Shown here: positions 28,305-43,778 of the stretch, piece after piece | Layout: every line of letters begins with the position of its first letter | Numbering within the stretch: position 1 is the stretch's first letter | Source: the human T2T-CHM13v2.0 reference genome, Homo sapiens | Strand: one strand, 5' to 3' | Assembly (NCBI RefSeq): GCF_009914755.1 | Contig: NC_060933.1 | Length of the DNA stretch: 64,000 nt | The notes under the pieces: model-generated | What the model saw: only the letters and a program-made list of their open reading frames with translations | Database searches by the model: none | What the model was told of the DNA's origin: nothing | Translations under genes and position numbers: made by a program

Positions 28305-28470
28305 GGGAGCTCTGATTCTTACTAGCTGAGTGGCCATTAAGAAAGATCTGAAAACTCTCTTAGTCTTAGTTTTTTCACTTGCAAAATCGGATAATAATAC
28401 TGAACATATGTTATAATAAGAGTCAAATAAGATAGTGCATGCAAAACTGCTTTCTAAGCTGCATAGTGTT
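28305..28470 (+). mobile_element. MIR
   Basis: cttactagctgagtg...tcttagttttttcacttgcaaaatcggataataata MIR core. Confidence 0.6.
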
Positions 28471-28505
28471 ATCATGACCATTATTATATAAAATTATTAT
28501 ATAAA

Positions 28506-29103
<598 letters not shown>

Positions 29104-29171
29104 TAAATGTTAATTTGTTATTTGTATTTCCTTTAGTATATTTAACTTTTCTACTTACCATAGAAAATGTG

Positions 29172-29583
29172 TCCAAACCATATCTAATTGCAATTGAAAT
29201 CTCATGTTCAATTGTAATTCCCAATGTTGGAGGAGGGGCTTGTAGGAGGTGACTGGGATCGTGGAGTGGAGTTCTCATAAATGGTTTAGCACTATCCCCT
29301 CGGTACTGTATGGTGAGCGAGTTCTCACAAAATCTGGTTGTTTAAAAGTGTGCAGCACCTCCCCCCTCTCTCTTCCTTCGGCTCCAGACTTGTAAGATGA
29401 GCATGCTTCCCCTTCACCTTCTGCCATGATTGTAAATTTTCTGAGGCCTCCCCAGAGGCCGAGCAGGTGGCCAGCATCATACCTGTACAGCCTGCAGAAC
29501 CGTGAGACAATTAAACCTCTTTTCTTTATAAATTAGCCAGTCTCAGGTATTTCTTTATAGCATTTAGAGAACAGACTAATGCA
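29172..29583 (+). mobile_element. MSTA-like solo LTR
   Basis: aaatctcatgtt...tgtaattcccaatgttggagg...gaggcctccccagaggccgagcag...aattaaacctcttttctttataaatt...gactaatgca. Confidence 0.85.
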
Positions 29584-29699
29584 GTGGTGATATTGACAGA
29601 GAAAATGCAATTTGATCTTGGGCAATTTGCTCTCTATCCTGCAATACCTTAGGGCTAGAAGAATGCAAGCTCCAAAACATTGGAAAATAAAAACACATT

Positions 29700-30345
29700 T
29701 TCTCCTGTATGAACATAGATGGAGAAATCTTCACAATATTGGCAAGACTAATCCCCCAATGTATGAAAAGGATAATGCCTTATGATGAAGTGAATTTATC
29801 CCAGGAATATAAGGTTAGTTTAAATTTTGGAAATGAAACAATGTAACTTGCCATATTATATCACAATTGATGCAGGAAAAAAACTTGGCAAAATTCAACA
29901 CCCATTCATGAAAAAAAAAGTCTCAAGAAATTAAGAATACAATAGCGTTTCCTCACCCTGATAATGTGCATATACAAAAGCCTACAACGAACATCATACT
30001 TAATAGTGAAAGACTGGATGCTTTCTCCGTGAGAATGGAAACAGAGCGAGGATGTTTGCAGTCACCCTTTCTATTTGACATGGTACTGGAGGTCCTAGCC
30101 AGTGTAAAAAGTCCAGAAAAAGAAGTAAAAGTCATATATATTGGAAAGGAAGAAGTCAAACTGTCTTTACTTGAAGATAACAAATATGAAGAAAATCCTA
30201 ATCTTCAAAAAAGTGACTAAACAATGTGTGAATTTAGCAAGATTTCAAGATGTGTCAATATACACAAATCAATTGTACTCTTTTCCTGGAAATGAATAAT
30301 CAGAAATTGAGTAAAAGTGACACAGTAGCATCAAAATTATGACAT
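29700..30345 (+). mobile_element. L1M ORF2 (reverse-transcriptase region) fragment, decayed
   Basis: ORF 29966-30220 KPTTNIILNSERLDAF...GCLQSPFLFDMVLEVLA...GKEEVKLSL aligns to L1 ORF2 KPTANIILNG...GCPLSPLLFNIVLEVLA...GKEEVKLSLFADD. Confidence 0.9.
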
Positions 30346-30507
30346 TCCCATGGGGGGTCAATTTAACAATGTATGTGTGAGACCTACAGCCAGGAAATCA
30401 ACTTGGAAGGCTCTGTGGCCAAGTTGTTTTCCTGGAGTATGCTGGTACATTTCCCAGGAGCAGTACAGACAAGTGTTAGCTTACATGTGTGTAAGCTTTG
30501 GATGTTA

Positions 30508-30602
30508 TCCCTTCCCTTCCCCTCCCTTCCCCTCCCTTCCCTTCCCCTCCCTTCCCCTCCCTTCCCTTCCCCTCCCTTCCCCTCCCTTCCCTTCCCTTCC
30601 CT
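30508..30602. repeat. (CCCTT/CCCCT)n polypyrimidine tract adjoining an Alu tail
   Basis: Seen directly. Confidence 0.9.
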
Positions 30603-30954
<352 letters not shown>

Positions 30955-31057
30955 TAAAATCTGGTTACATTGCTTGAATATCAGGTGTTACTGTGTAATT
31001 TTAATATTTACTTTAAAAGCCTAAATTGCAAGTAGTCATAAAGATTAGAATAGGGAC

Positions 31058-32108
<1,051 letters not shown>

Positions 32109-32154
32109 TAATGAATGTTTTTAGAAAGGCAGAAATCTAGGCAGTTCTTTAAAA

Positions 32155-32490
32155 TAGGGGTCGCCAACCTCCAGGCTATGGACCGGTGCCAGTCTGTGGC
32201 CTGTTAGGAACCTGGCTGCACAGCAGGAGGTGAGTGGTGGGCTAGTGAGCATTACCTCCCGAGCTCCACCTCCTGCCAGATCAGCAGCGGCATTAGATTT
32301 TTTTGGGGGTGCGGACCCTATTGTGAACTGCACATGCGAGGGATCTAGGTTGTGTGCTCCCTATGAGAATCTAATGCTTGATGATCCAAGGTAGAACAGT
32401 TTCATCCCGAAACCATCCCCCAAACCTGTACATGGAAAAATTATCTTCCACGAAACTGGTCCCTCGTGCCAAAAAAGTTGGGGACCGCTG
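32155..32490 (+). mobile_element. MER1B (hAT-Charlie)
   Basis: aggggtcgccaacc...tggcctgttaggaacc...gagggatctaggttg...ggtccctcgtgccaaaaaagttggggaccgctg. Confidence 0.85.
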
Positions 32491-33475
32491 CCTTAAGGGA
32501 GGAACATATGGTGATGCAGAAGCCGCAGGTGTTGAACCTAAGATGCATATTTCTGGGCCCCATCTTTAGAGGTTCTGCTTCAGGAGAGCTGGGGTGGGTC
32601 AGGAATATGCATGAGGAACAAGCACCCTGGGTCCCTCCAGCGAAGGTGATCTAAGGAACTCACATTGAGAAATACACCCCAGAGGTGGTGGCGTCGTGGT
32701 GTGACACTTCAGAAGGAAAGTGCACTTATGTATCTAGATATCAATGAAACATGGGCAAAAATTGAAGGCATAAAGGGGATTTGGCAAAGATGAAAGTCTG
32801 ATGACCCATTGAATTAAAAGTAAGAAGATTCATAAATGTCTTTCCAAGTACTATAGGAACTTATTTTTATAATAGTCATGAAAAAAAAAAATAAAGGACT
32901 ACGAAGTGACTTCTCACTGGCAGGGACTTGTTAGGAATGGGATGGGATCAGTTCCTTCCCAGCCAATCTCCTTATTTCTCCATCTTCGGGGGCTCTGTTG
33001 GCAGCACACGCCCTTCCCCTGAGCCTGGCAACAAAACCTCCAGCGATGTCACTAAGCAGGGCCTTTTTTAGAAGTTAAGTGAAGCCTGGACCACTTCTAA
33101 TTTTCTGAGACTTTAAAAATGGAGAAAGCCAACACAAGGTTACCAAAATAGCAGTATATATAATATATATTGTTTGCATTTAAATATTTAGTGCTTTTAA
33201 CACAAAAATTCAAGGTAATTTTGAATTCATCAAATAGTAAGATTTCTTTACAATAATAATTCATGATAGAAGATATAGTCCAGAAATGGAACAGAGCTTT
33301 AAAATTGTATGATGGGCCTAAAGTTCCAGCCCTGTTGGTGTATCTATCTCTAAATGTACATTAACATCATTTGGAGATGATGTCAAAGATCTAAATTTGA
33401 GATTCTTCCTGAGAGTGAAGTCTGAGCCAGACAGCTCTCCTAGTCTACACTAGAATAAACTCTGTTGTTAAATAT

Positions 33476-34462
33476 AGTCATATGTCACTTCATGATGGGG
33501 ATATATGGTGCATAGTCAGGCGATTGTGTTGTTTAGGAGCATCATAGAAAGAACTTACACAAACCTAGCTGGTAGAGCCTACTACACACCTAGGCTGTAT
33601 GGTACAGCCTATTGAGCCTAGGCTGCAAACCTGTACAGCATGTTACATACTGATTACTACAGGCACCTGTAACTCAATGGTTAAGTATTTGTATGTCTAA
33701 ACACAGAAAAGATACAGTAAAAATATGGTATAAAAGATAAAAAATGGTACACCTGTATAAGGCACTTATCATGCATGGAGCTTGCAGGACTGGAGGTTGC
33801 CCTGGGTGAGTCAGTGAGTGAGTGGTGAGTGAATGTGAAGGCCTAGGACATGACTGTACATTACTATAGACTTTATAAACACTGGACATTTAGGTTACAC
33901 TAAACTTATAAAAAATGTTTTTCTTCAATAATATGTTAACTTTAGTTTGCTGTAACTTTTTTACTTTATAAACTTTAACATTTTTGGACTCTTTTGTAAG
34001 AACACTTAGTGTAAAACACAAATACATTGTACAGCTGTCCAAAAATTCTTTCTTTATATGCTTATTCTATAAGCTTTTTTCTATTAATATTGTTTCACTT
34101 TTTAAACTTCTTCATTAAGAATGAAGACACAAACACACACGTTAGCCTAAGCCTACACAGGGTGAGGATCATCAATATCACTGTCTTCCACCTCCACATC
34201 TTGTCCCACTAGAAAACCTTCAGGGGCAAGAACATGCATGGAGCTGTCATTTCCTGTGATAACAATGCCTTCTTCCAGAATACCTCCTGAAGAACCTGCC
34301 TGAGACTGTTTTACAGTTAACATTTTTTTGTTTGTTTTTAAATATGACAGCTATGATGGCACTGGGCGATAGGAATGTTTCAGCTTCATTCTAATCTTAT
34401 GGGACCACCCTTGTATATGCAGTTCATCCTTGCCTGAAACATCATGATGTGGCACGTGACTG
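33476..34462 (-). mobile_element. Tigger3b-like element
   Basis: Termini tagtcatatg...cacgtgactg with flanking TA; antisense homology to the Tigger3a at 2808 plus a longer internal part. Confidence 0.8.
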
Positions 34463-35109
34463 TATTTCTACTCTTGTAGTTCTTTAAACTTGCAGGGAAC
34501 TTTGCTGGCAATTTCTTGTTAACCATTCACCTATCATAAATGTTGAAGATAAAATATAATGTATTAATATGATTCAATTGAGATAAATTTCAAAAACAGG
34601 CAAAACTAGTAAATTGTGCTGGAAATCATCCTACTGATTAGCCTAGGGTGCTGGTATTGTTCTATTTCTTTGTTCTGAGGGCTGGTTACATGATTTGCTT
34701 ATAATTTGTGAACTTTTTTTTTTTTTTAATGTTACGTTTCAATACAAGTCTTACTTTAAGAATTTCGCTGAGTCTTTACGGTTCGTAGAAGTGCAGCCAC
34801 TGCTACCTCAGCAATGCCTTAAATCAGAGGAGCCAGGTTGGATCAAGTGGTTTTTCTATCTCCGAGAATAGCCCTCATTGGCTGGGACACAGAACGCTCA
34901 TTGGTGGACCCCTGCTAGTGTGTCCGGATGGCCTGGCACCACTGAAGAGGTAGGCCCATTAGGTTCTTGCTGGTGAATGTGGATGAGCACATGCAGTTTG
35001 TCACAAGCCCAAATATGCGAAGTCTCTGACAGAAAGTCCCTGGTACGTGACTCCAGCCTGGGCAATGGCAGCGTCTCAGTGTCTCTGCAGTTACTCATTC
35101 ACTGAGGGG

Positions 35110-35124
35110 GTGTGTGTGCATATT

Positions 35125-35161
<37 letters not shown>
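35110..35161. repeat. (TG)n microsatellite
   Basis: Seen directly. Confidence 0.9.
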
Positions 35162-35162
<1 letters not shown>

Positions 35163-36489
35163 CTTCTCACCCTCCCCAACATTGTTGTCCCTGGAGCTTC
35201 TGTAAGTGACAGGACAGAATGAAACAGGGCCTTGTTGAGAGGTGGAAAGCCTGCCAGCTGGCCCTATGGTCTGCTTGGCCCCCAGGAGGCCGTTCCTGAC
35301 ACCTGGTCCCATATGGCAGTGCATGCTCCAGGACATGAGCCAAGCAGTCCCTCCGAGTAACAGAAACACATTCCTAACTCTGTGGTCAGACCAACAGGAG
35401 GCAGGGAGGCGGGGTGGAGAGCCTGCGCCCGGAAGTTCAGTGCATGCTGTCAGTACTGCTCTCTTTATCCCTCAGAGCCCTTCCTTCCTTGTGAACAGAA
35501 GTCCAGGCATCTCAAAGGTCTCTTCCAGTGTCTGTGATCTTACAATAATGAAAACAAACTTCTTGTTGAGTTTTAGAAGTTCACCAAATTCTTTCCTCAA
35601 ATCCACTCAGCCCCACTTCTGGCCTCCCTATTGTACATCTGTTTATCTGTCATGATCTAGATCAAATCCGGCTCCCCAGGTGAAGTCTCCCTGAGAGAAT
35701 GTCAATGATCTGCCATACTTGTCGTCTAATTTATATTTTGTTACTTTTATCTATGTCTTAAAAATCCACTTGAGATTGCAAACTCCTTGATGAAAATGGC
35801 AGCAGCAGCAGCATCTTTGCATCCTCTGTAGAAAGGATCCCCAAATGTGGGTTGACTGACCTGCAATGATAGCCTGCATCCAAATAACACAGGGTATTTA
35901 ACAGTTCGGATTTCCACGTGCAACCCCTGGAGATTCTGATTAGAGATCTAGGATGGGATCGAGGGATCTATCTTTAAATAGCATCTGCGGGGTTTCCCAC
36001 ACAAAGCCTGCTCAGAGAGCTCCTCCACCACCTCCTTTATATGGTGATTTGATTAAGTGCCCAATATATATAGGCCGAATGAGTAGAGGAATTTAATTTA
36101 TCACATCTTTTTTTAGTCATCCTAAAATTTTCCAGAGTTCACAAAGATGTAGCACATAAATCAAGATTGTGACATTTAATGAAAACAATGTCATTGAGTT
36201 GTTCCAACAGCATTTTCTAATATTTAGAAATGTTTTGTGCCATGAAGGTAAGATATAAGATTTTATTTCTTGAATTAGTTTTTGGTGTTTGAGTTGAAAT
36301 GGGCAAACTTTCTTGTGAAGACTTTTGCAGCACTTAATTCTCCTCTCTACCAAGTTCCTTGATGTCTTCCTCCTGTCCCACCTGCCTTCCACTTATAATT
36401 TCTGCCAATTTAAGAGAAGTATAAGCTCTTTCCCCCTTTTCTCTTCTTCCGTCAGAATCTGCTATATCTCTTACTCTCTATTTATTCCT

Positions 36490-36650
36490 CTATCCATTCA
36501 TTTAATAAATGTTGACTGAGGACTGCTGTGTACCAGGCACAACATTAAATTCTGGGAATGCGGCAGTGAACAGAACAGCCTTGGCTTCTGCCCCTGTGGG
36601 ATTTACGCTCTCAGTGGGGAAGGCAAATGTGATATAAATAATTACAAATA
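36490..36650 (-). mobile_element. L2 3' fragment
   Basis: cattcatttaataaatgttgactgag...gtaccaggcac...gcagtgaacagaacag. Confidence 0.7.
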
Positions 36651-37067
36651 TTAGCTAGAGCCTTTCGGCTTTATCTCATTTGTTAAGCTAATGACATCTA
36701 AACTGTTGGCTGCTAATGACTTAACATCTTATTCTTCCCAGATAACATTTCCCGCGAAAAGACTTTAGCACCTTACTTTGAGAAGAAAGGATGAAGTGGA
36801 GGGGGAGGAGTTTCAAAAGGAGATCTATTTGTGGAGGGGACGTTTTCTGACATTAAAAAATTATAATATGTAGCTAGATGCCTACTCCACCTGACCAAAT
36901 TGTCCTCTTATGCTAAAAAACATTGGTTTCAGGTCCTTTGTATAGGATTGTCCAACATGCAGCATATATCCTAATGGTGGGATGCAAGATGTATTAGGTA
37001 GTTGAAGCAGATATGGTTAGTGCCCTAAGCAAACTACCTAGGCACTTGCAGTTCCTCGCTGTGCTGA

Positions 37068-37381
<314 letters not shown>

Positions 37382-37399
37382 CTGTGCTGACGGCTTCTT

Positions 37400-37722
37400 A
37401 ACTGCAAATGTCTGTAACTCAGATTGCAGGAGCTGGCTTGCCCACCTTCACAGCGGGCCTGCAGTGGTAGGAGTTAATGGTCACATCCACGAGAGTAGCT
37501 TTCAAAGAATGACGAAGGGAAGATGGTGGGTAAAACTCTGAGGCTCATTCTCCAGCTTTCTTAGGGGGTCCGCAGGGATGCAACCCCAAAGACCGTAATG
37601 CTCCCTGGATTGACTTTCCTCTCTTCACACTTATTTCCCCGGCCCCCTAGTGGTGCTTCTTGGGAACACCTCTCAAATAGATGATTTGTACTCTAGTCCT
37701 AGTCTCAACCCAACCTAAAACA
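37400..37722 (+). mobile_element. LTR16-like ERVL LTR fragment
   Basis: gggagttaatg-like motif, aactctgaggc...gtgcttcttgggaacacctctcaaata...aacccaacctaaaaca. Confidence 0.55.
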
Positions 37723-38764
37723 ATGGCACATGGGCACATACTTTTATTTTAATGGCCATGTGTTTTAACATGTATTAGAAAAAATATAAATTGCACACCG
37801 TATCTGTGATTTCATGGATATTAGTGAAGCTTAAGTTTCAAAAGTGAGTCAATTTAAACCGAAGTGGAAAGTAATGGTATTCGGGTATTTGACAAATCAC
37901 AAAGGGAGAGTGTGAATGGGGGATAATTGTATTAGAGCTTGAGGTTACCTGTAAACTGGAGCGCTTCCAGCTTTCTGGAATAAACTCAAGGACACTGGTC
38001 CTTAATTCAGTGTTCCTGAAAAGACTCCCAGGGGCTCACCAGCCCTTGAGAGATTATGCAAAGTTTTATGTATTTGGATCCTCTTCCTCCCAAAAGTTCA
38101 TTTGCCTTAGTCTTAGAAAGGCATATTTCACTCAAAGTCAAGAGAGAGAGAGAGAGAGGAAAAAAAAAAGGAAGGAAGAGAGGGAGAGGGGGAGGACAGG
38201 CAGACACTCTGTTTTTCTATTTTATTAATGTAATTCAGATCTCTGTTTCTGTTGCAAAAAAGCAAAAAATAAAACAAAGGAGAGGAATGAGGAGATGGAG
38301 CCCTGATCCAAATAACAACAACAACAAAAAAAGTGTCTGTAGAATTGGGTTACTGGATGACTTCGGGGAGATGAGCTATCCATCACCACCCGCATCCTCA
38401 ATAAAAAAACCTGGAAATATCTTCTGAGGATTTTTGCTTGTTAGGAAGGATGGCTATAGCCCAAGAGCAGCATCTGTATACAATGAGTGAAAAAATATTT
38501 GGTAACAAAGATCCATTAAACACCCAAATCTACCAAGTATCAGATGGCAAGATAAATGAGATTTTTGTACATGCAAAGCAAATTTTATATAAACAATAAC
38601 CAAGGCAGTTCCTGTTGCTTCATAAAGCAGGACTTCTGTTAATAGCAGCAACAGCAAATACAGAAAACCAAGCCAATGCATTTTAATGCCTGATTTTGAT
38701 GCATTAAAAAAATCAAGAAATTCAACAATTCACAGCCAATTGTATATTCATGCCACCCAGACTG

Positions 38765-39180
38765 AATTAGGATTAGAATCAGCTGTGAGCAACAGAAAAT
38801 CCAAAATAATGAGTGGTGGAACAAAGATGGAAATTTATTTTTTTCATGTGAAAGTCTGAGTAAATGGTCTAGGGGCTGGTGTGATTATTCATAATACCAG
38901 GGAACATTGAGTGGCTTCTCCAGTTCAAGCCATCATGTCCCCATTCCAGCCAGCAGAAAGGAGGAAAAGAAGCTTCCCTATAAGGACACTTCTGTGATGT
39001 TGCATACACCACTTCCTCTTACATTTCTTTGCCTAGAACTTAATAACTTGACCACACCTATCTGCAAGAGAGGGTAAGAAATGCAGTTATTATTCTGGGA
39101 GGTCATATGCTCAGCTAAAAATTCTCTTGCTGTGGAAGAAGAGAATAGATATTGGGTAATACCAGCAGTCTCATCTACCC
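38765..39180 (-). mobile_element. MLT1J-like LTR
   Basis: ccagttcaagccatcatgtccccattccagccagcag...tgaccacacctatctgcaagagagg. Confidence 0.65.
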
Positions 39181-41155
39181 AGATTTCGTACATATTGGTA
39201 GTTCTAAGTAGTTAACTTTGGCATGATACTCAACTGTAAGTCTTATTTAATGTGTCAATGAAATTGCTTGACCCTAATCACCCAGTTTTTAAAGCTGCCT
39301 CTAATTAAATCTTTTCTGACATCCACAAATAAAGCATATTTTTCATTTTGAGTATCTGTCTACTTGATGCTGGACAAAATTCGGCCCACCTAGAATAGCA
39401 GGTATAGTTTGTGGGTTATCGAAACCCTTTGTTCTCTCTCCTTTTCTGTTCAACATACTTGTGGCCACTTTCCCATTAGTTAAAGTCTGAAATAGAGAAA
39501 GAAAGATTTAAAAAAGAAATAAAGTCTAATCAGATGTTTTGTTCCTTTTCAGCAACATTTCTCCAGGGCTAAAGTAGAAGAGATTAGAAATAAGTAACAT
39601 TAAGTTTTGGGATTTATCTGTCATAAAAACAGTCCTTTAGGCCAGTTGATGAGCAAAGCCCTTTTCACTGCCATCTGTAATTGTGGCTGCAGCCCTGTGA
39701 AGAAGGCAGTGTCATCTCCACTTGAGCGAAGAGATGAAACTTACCAGACAAAGCAGTTATTAAAGGGCAAAGCCAGGATTTTCACTGGGGTCTCTCTGAC
39801 CCCCAAAACTCTGCTCTTTTGACTGCTCCACCCACAGAGTCCCTCCTGCCATGAGTCTTTTAAGCATCATTATCTCCAGTGGAGAGAAAGTTTTTACATG
39901 AACATTGGCTGAGACTAAAAGCAGGCCTTGGAGACATAAACAAACTGAAGAGGTTCAGAAAGTGCTCGTCAGCCTGCTCCTTGTGGTCTGTCTGCCCTCC
40001 CAGATTTTGAGTTTTGTTATTAGGAGGCACTTGATATTTACAGAGTGGCATCTGGGACTCGCAGCCCCAGGTGGAATGCAGAAGATGGGGCAGAGTGCCC
40101 TCTCTGCAGAACACTTGAAAAGAGCGAGGATGGTTTCAGGACAGTGTTTCCTTGGCCTCTCATCCTGCAGTGCTGGAGAGAGAAAGTCACTGAGGTAGAC
40201 GGCAGTTTGGAACGATCCCACCTTCCCTCCCCCCAGCTTGGAATGGAACCTCTTGCTCATGGTACAATAATGGAACCTCACATACATTCAGTGCTTGCTC
40301 TGTGGCTGCCACGCTGCTTGTTCTTCTCCATCAATTCCGAGAGGCATTCTATAGGGGAGGATGCGGGATTTGAACCTAGAATCTCTGATTCCAAAACTCA
40401 CATCCTTAACCACAAGGCAATGTGCCCTGGTCATAAGCATACACCAGGGGCTGAAATGGAGACAACTGATAGTAATGTCTAGAAAGAAAGGATGGGTAGA
40501 ATATATCTGAATATACTTGAGGAAAAACGTTTTGGTGAAATGCTTTCTAAGTAATCACATGGAACATGTTCTTGGATTTGGCATTGAGAAACCCTGAGTT
40601 TTTTCTTCAATTCTATCCGTAACATGGAGGGCAGAAGCAGTTAATGGAGAACGATTTGAGGAAATCACCAACACAAGGAGCATTTGGCAGCACATTACCA
40701 CTGTGGACTCAGCCCTGTGTGGACGTCTCAGAGTCTGCTGAGTGCACCTCAGAAGTGTGTTGCTGAAAAGAGGAAACCAGGGTATTAAACCACCAACTCC
40801 TGTCCCTTCTGACAGGAAGGTCATGAATGGAAGGTCACCTCTGGAACATTGACTCTCAGGTGTGTCCGGTGCCTACGGGGCACCTGCACACAGTTCTGCG
40901 GTGGAGAGACCCAGGAGGCTGATGGTGTATTCAGGATTTGTTTGAAGTGACCTCTGGGGTTGGCTAAAGGGGTTTGGGTGGCGCCCTGAACCCGTCTGCC
41001 TCAACTTGTTCTAGCTACAGCATGGCATGTGAATATAGTATGGGGGAAATCCAATAAATGCAACTTATTGTTATTTTTTAAATGACCACATTTTCAATAG
41101 TTATAAATAATGACCTGTTGTGGGTTATCCAAGCTCAGATTCCATTTTGCCAACT

Positions 41156-41508
41156 TGGATGGTTTGCTAGTGCTGCCATAACAAAGTACCTCAGACTGTG
41201 GGGCTTAAATAACAGAAATTTATTTCCTCACGATCCTGAGATCAAGGTGTCTGCAGTGCTGTTTCTTCTAAGGCTTGTAGTGGGCTGTCTTCTCTCGGTG
41301 TTTTCACACAGTCTTCTGCCTGCGTCTCTGTCCTAATCTCTTCTCATAAGGACATCAGTCCTATTGGATTAGGGTCTACCCTAATGACCTTATTTTAATG
41401 TAACTACCTCTTTAAAAAGCCTGTTTCCAAACACAGTCACATTCTGAGTTATTGGGGGTTAGGGTGTCAACATATGAATTTTGGGAGGACTCAAGTCAGC
41501 CCATAGCC
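41156..41508 (-). mobile_element. MLT1A0/MLT1B solo LTR
   Basis: gctgccataacaaagtacc...taaggacatcagtcctattggattaggg...caacatatgaattttggg...cagcccatag. Confidence 0.85.
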
Positions 41509-41589
41509 CCACTTAATGGAGAATAGTGACAAAAAAGACACTGTTGAGCTATCTTTACTTTTTAACCCTATAACCTTTACTGCAGAAAA

Positions 41590-42510
41590 CACTTAACATA
41601 GCAACCCCAAGGCTGCTGTCTTTAGAAAGACCTGCTTGCAAGGTTGTTCCTTGGCTGGTGTCAGGGAACTTGGATTTTGAGGGGGTTCCCACCGTTTCCA
41701 AAGCTGATAATAGAGGCTCACAGTGCCTAAATTGTTTGTACCAATAACATCGTTTATGCAGGATACCTGCTTTCCTTCTGGGAGTCTGGAATTTTGGTAT
41801 CTACTAGGCCAGGGATGCCTGTGTGCCCAGCTTTGATGAAAGCCCTGGGTGTCAAGTCTCTTCTGAGCTTCTCTGGTAGACAACATTTTACCAGTGTTAT
41901 CACTGCTCATTGCTGGAAGAGATAAGCATGTCCTGTGCAATTCCACTGGGAGAGGACTTTTAGCCGCCTGTTTCTATTTCCTGCAGACTTTGCTCCATGT
42001 GTCTTTTCCCTTTGCTGGTTTCGCTTTGCATCCTTTTGGTATAAAAAATCATAGCCATGTGATAATGTTTGGCTTTGCATCCCCATCCAGATCTCATCTT
42101 GAATTGTAATCCCATAATTCTTGTGTGTCATGTGAGGGACCCTGTCGGGGGTAATTGAAGCATGAGGGCAGTTTTCCCCATGCTGTTCTCATGATAGCGA
42201 GTGAGTTCTCACAAGATCTGATGGTTTTATAAGTGTCTGGCATTTCCCCTGCTGGCATTAATTCCCTCTCCTACTGCACTGTGAAGAGGTGCCTTCCACC
42301 ATGATTGTAAGTTTCCTGAGGCCTCACCAGCCATGCAGAGTTGCGAGTCAATTAAACCTCCTTTCTGTATAAACCACCCAGTCTCGGGTATTTCTTCATA
42401 GCATCTTGAGAATAGACTAATATGCCATGATTATCACTATTCGCTGAGTCCTGTGAATCTTCTTAGTGAGTCATCAAACTAGGGGGTGATCTTGGGGACC
42501 CCTGGCACAC
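41590..42510 (+). mobile_element. MER21-family LTR interrupted by THE1
   Basis: ccttggctggtgtcagggaac...ttccttctgggagtctggaattttgg...gctgagtcctgtga...ttggggacccctggcaca. Confidence 0.8.
42060..42424 (+). mobile_element. THE1C/D solo LTR
   Basis: tgataatgtttggc...ctggcatttcccctgctggca...gactaata; 5-bp TSD ccatg at 42055-42059 and 42425-42429. Confidence 0.9.
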
Positions 42511-43403
42511 TTTTTTTAAAATTATACTTTAAGTTCTGGGATACATGTGCAGAACGTGCAGGTTTGTGACACAGGTATATATGTGCCATGTGGTTTGCTG
42601 CACCCATCAACCCGTCATCTACATTAGGTATTTCTCCTAATGCTAACTCTCCCCTAGCCCCTCACCCCCTGACAGGCCCCAGTGTGTGATGTTCCCCTCC
42701 CAGTGTCCATGTGTTCCCATTGTTCAACTCCCACTTATGAGTGAGAACACGTGGTGTTTGGTTTTCTGTTCTTGTGTTAGTTTGCTGAGAATGATGGTTT
42801 CCAGCTTCATCCATGTCCCTGCAAAAGACATGAACTCATCCTTTTTTATGGCTGCATAGCATTCCGTGGTGTATATGTTCCACATTTTCTTTATCCAGTC
42901 TATCATTGATGGACATTTGGGTTGGTTCCAAGTCTTTGCTATTGTTAACAGTGCTGCAATAAACATACGTGTGCATGTGCCTTTATAGTAGAATGATTTA
43001 TAATTCTTTGGGTATATACCCAGTAATGGGATTGCTGGGTCAAATGGTATTTCTGGTTCTAGATCCTTGAGAAATCGCCACACTATCTTCCACAATGGTT
43101 GAACTAATTTACACTCCCACCAGCAGTGTAAAAGCGTTCCTAATTCTCCACATCCTCTCTGGCATCTGTTAGTTTCCTGACTTTTTAATGATCACCATTC
43201 TAACTGGTGTGAGATGGTATCTCATTGTGGCTTTGATTTGCATTTCTCTAATGACCAGTGATGATGAGCTTTTTTTCATATGTTTGTTGGCCGCATAAAT
43301 GTCTTCTTTTGAGAAGTGTCTGTTCATATATTTCTCCCGCTTTTTGATGGGGTTGTTTTTTTCTTGTAAATTTTTTTAAGTTCTTTGTAGATTCTGGATA
43401 TTA
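42511..43403 (-). mobile_element. L1PA 5'-truncated insertion (ORF2 C-terminus and 3' UTR)
   Basis: ORF 42724-43095 matches the L1 ORF2 C-terminus (PFDPAIPLLGIYP...CTRMFIAAL...SLISGS); TSD cctggcacactttt. Confidence 0.95.
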
Positions 43404-43443
43404 CCTGGCACACTTTTATAGGTTTGCTCTGATAGCTGGCTGC

Positions 43444-43628
43444 AGTTAAAGATGCCCTTAGCTGGGACTAGGAGTGGGTTAGGGGAAGGATTTATTACAT
43501 AGCACCAAGATTATGAAGTAATGCCTGAGAAAAAAGGCTACTGAGTTGTCAGAAGATGCAACATATGTAATAAAACTTAGAAGAACATGGACATGACCTT
43601 GGAGGTCATAGATCTATTCAACAGAGCA
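43444..43628 (+). repeat. Segment A of the local inverted duplication (partner 45275-45461)
   Basis: gttaaagatgcc...gctgggactagga...tttattacatagcaccaaga...gatgcaacatatgtaataa...gatctattcaacaga found reverse-complemented at 45275-45461. Confidence 0.9.
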
Positions 43629-43778
43629 CTTTGATCCTCCTCTGTCTGGCCGTACAGTACCACAGACTTGGTGTGGCCAAACCCTGGCTTGAGAGACACT
43701 CTTCCCTCACTTGTTGCCAAAGACTTGGCCTCTCTCCTGAAAATTAGGAGAACATGTCTGACCATTTGATGTGTCTGC

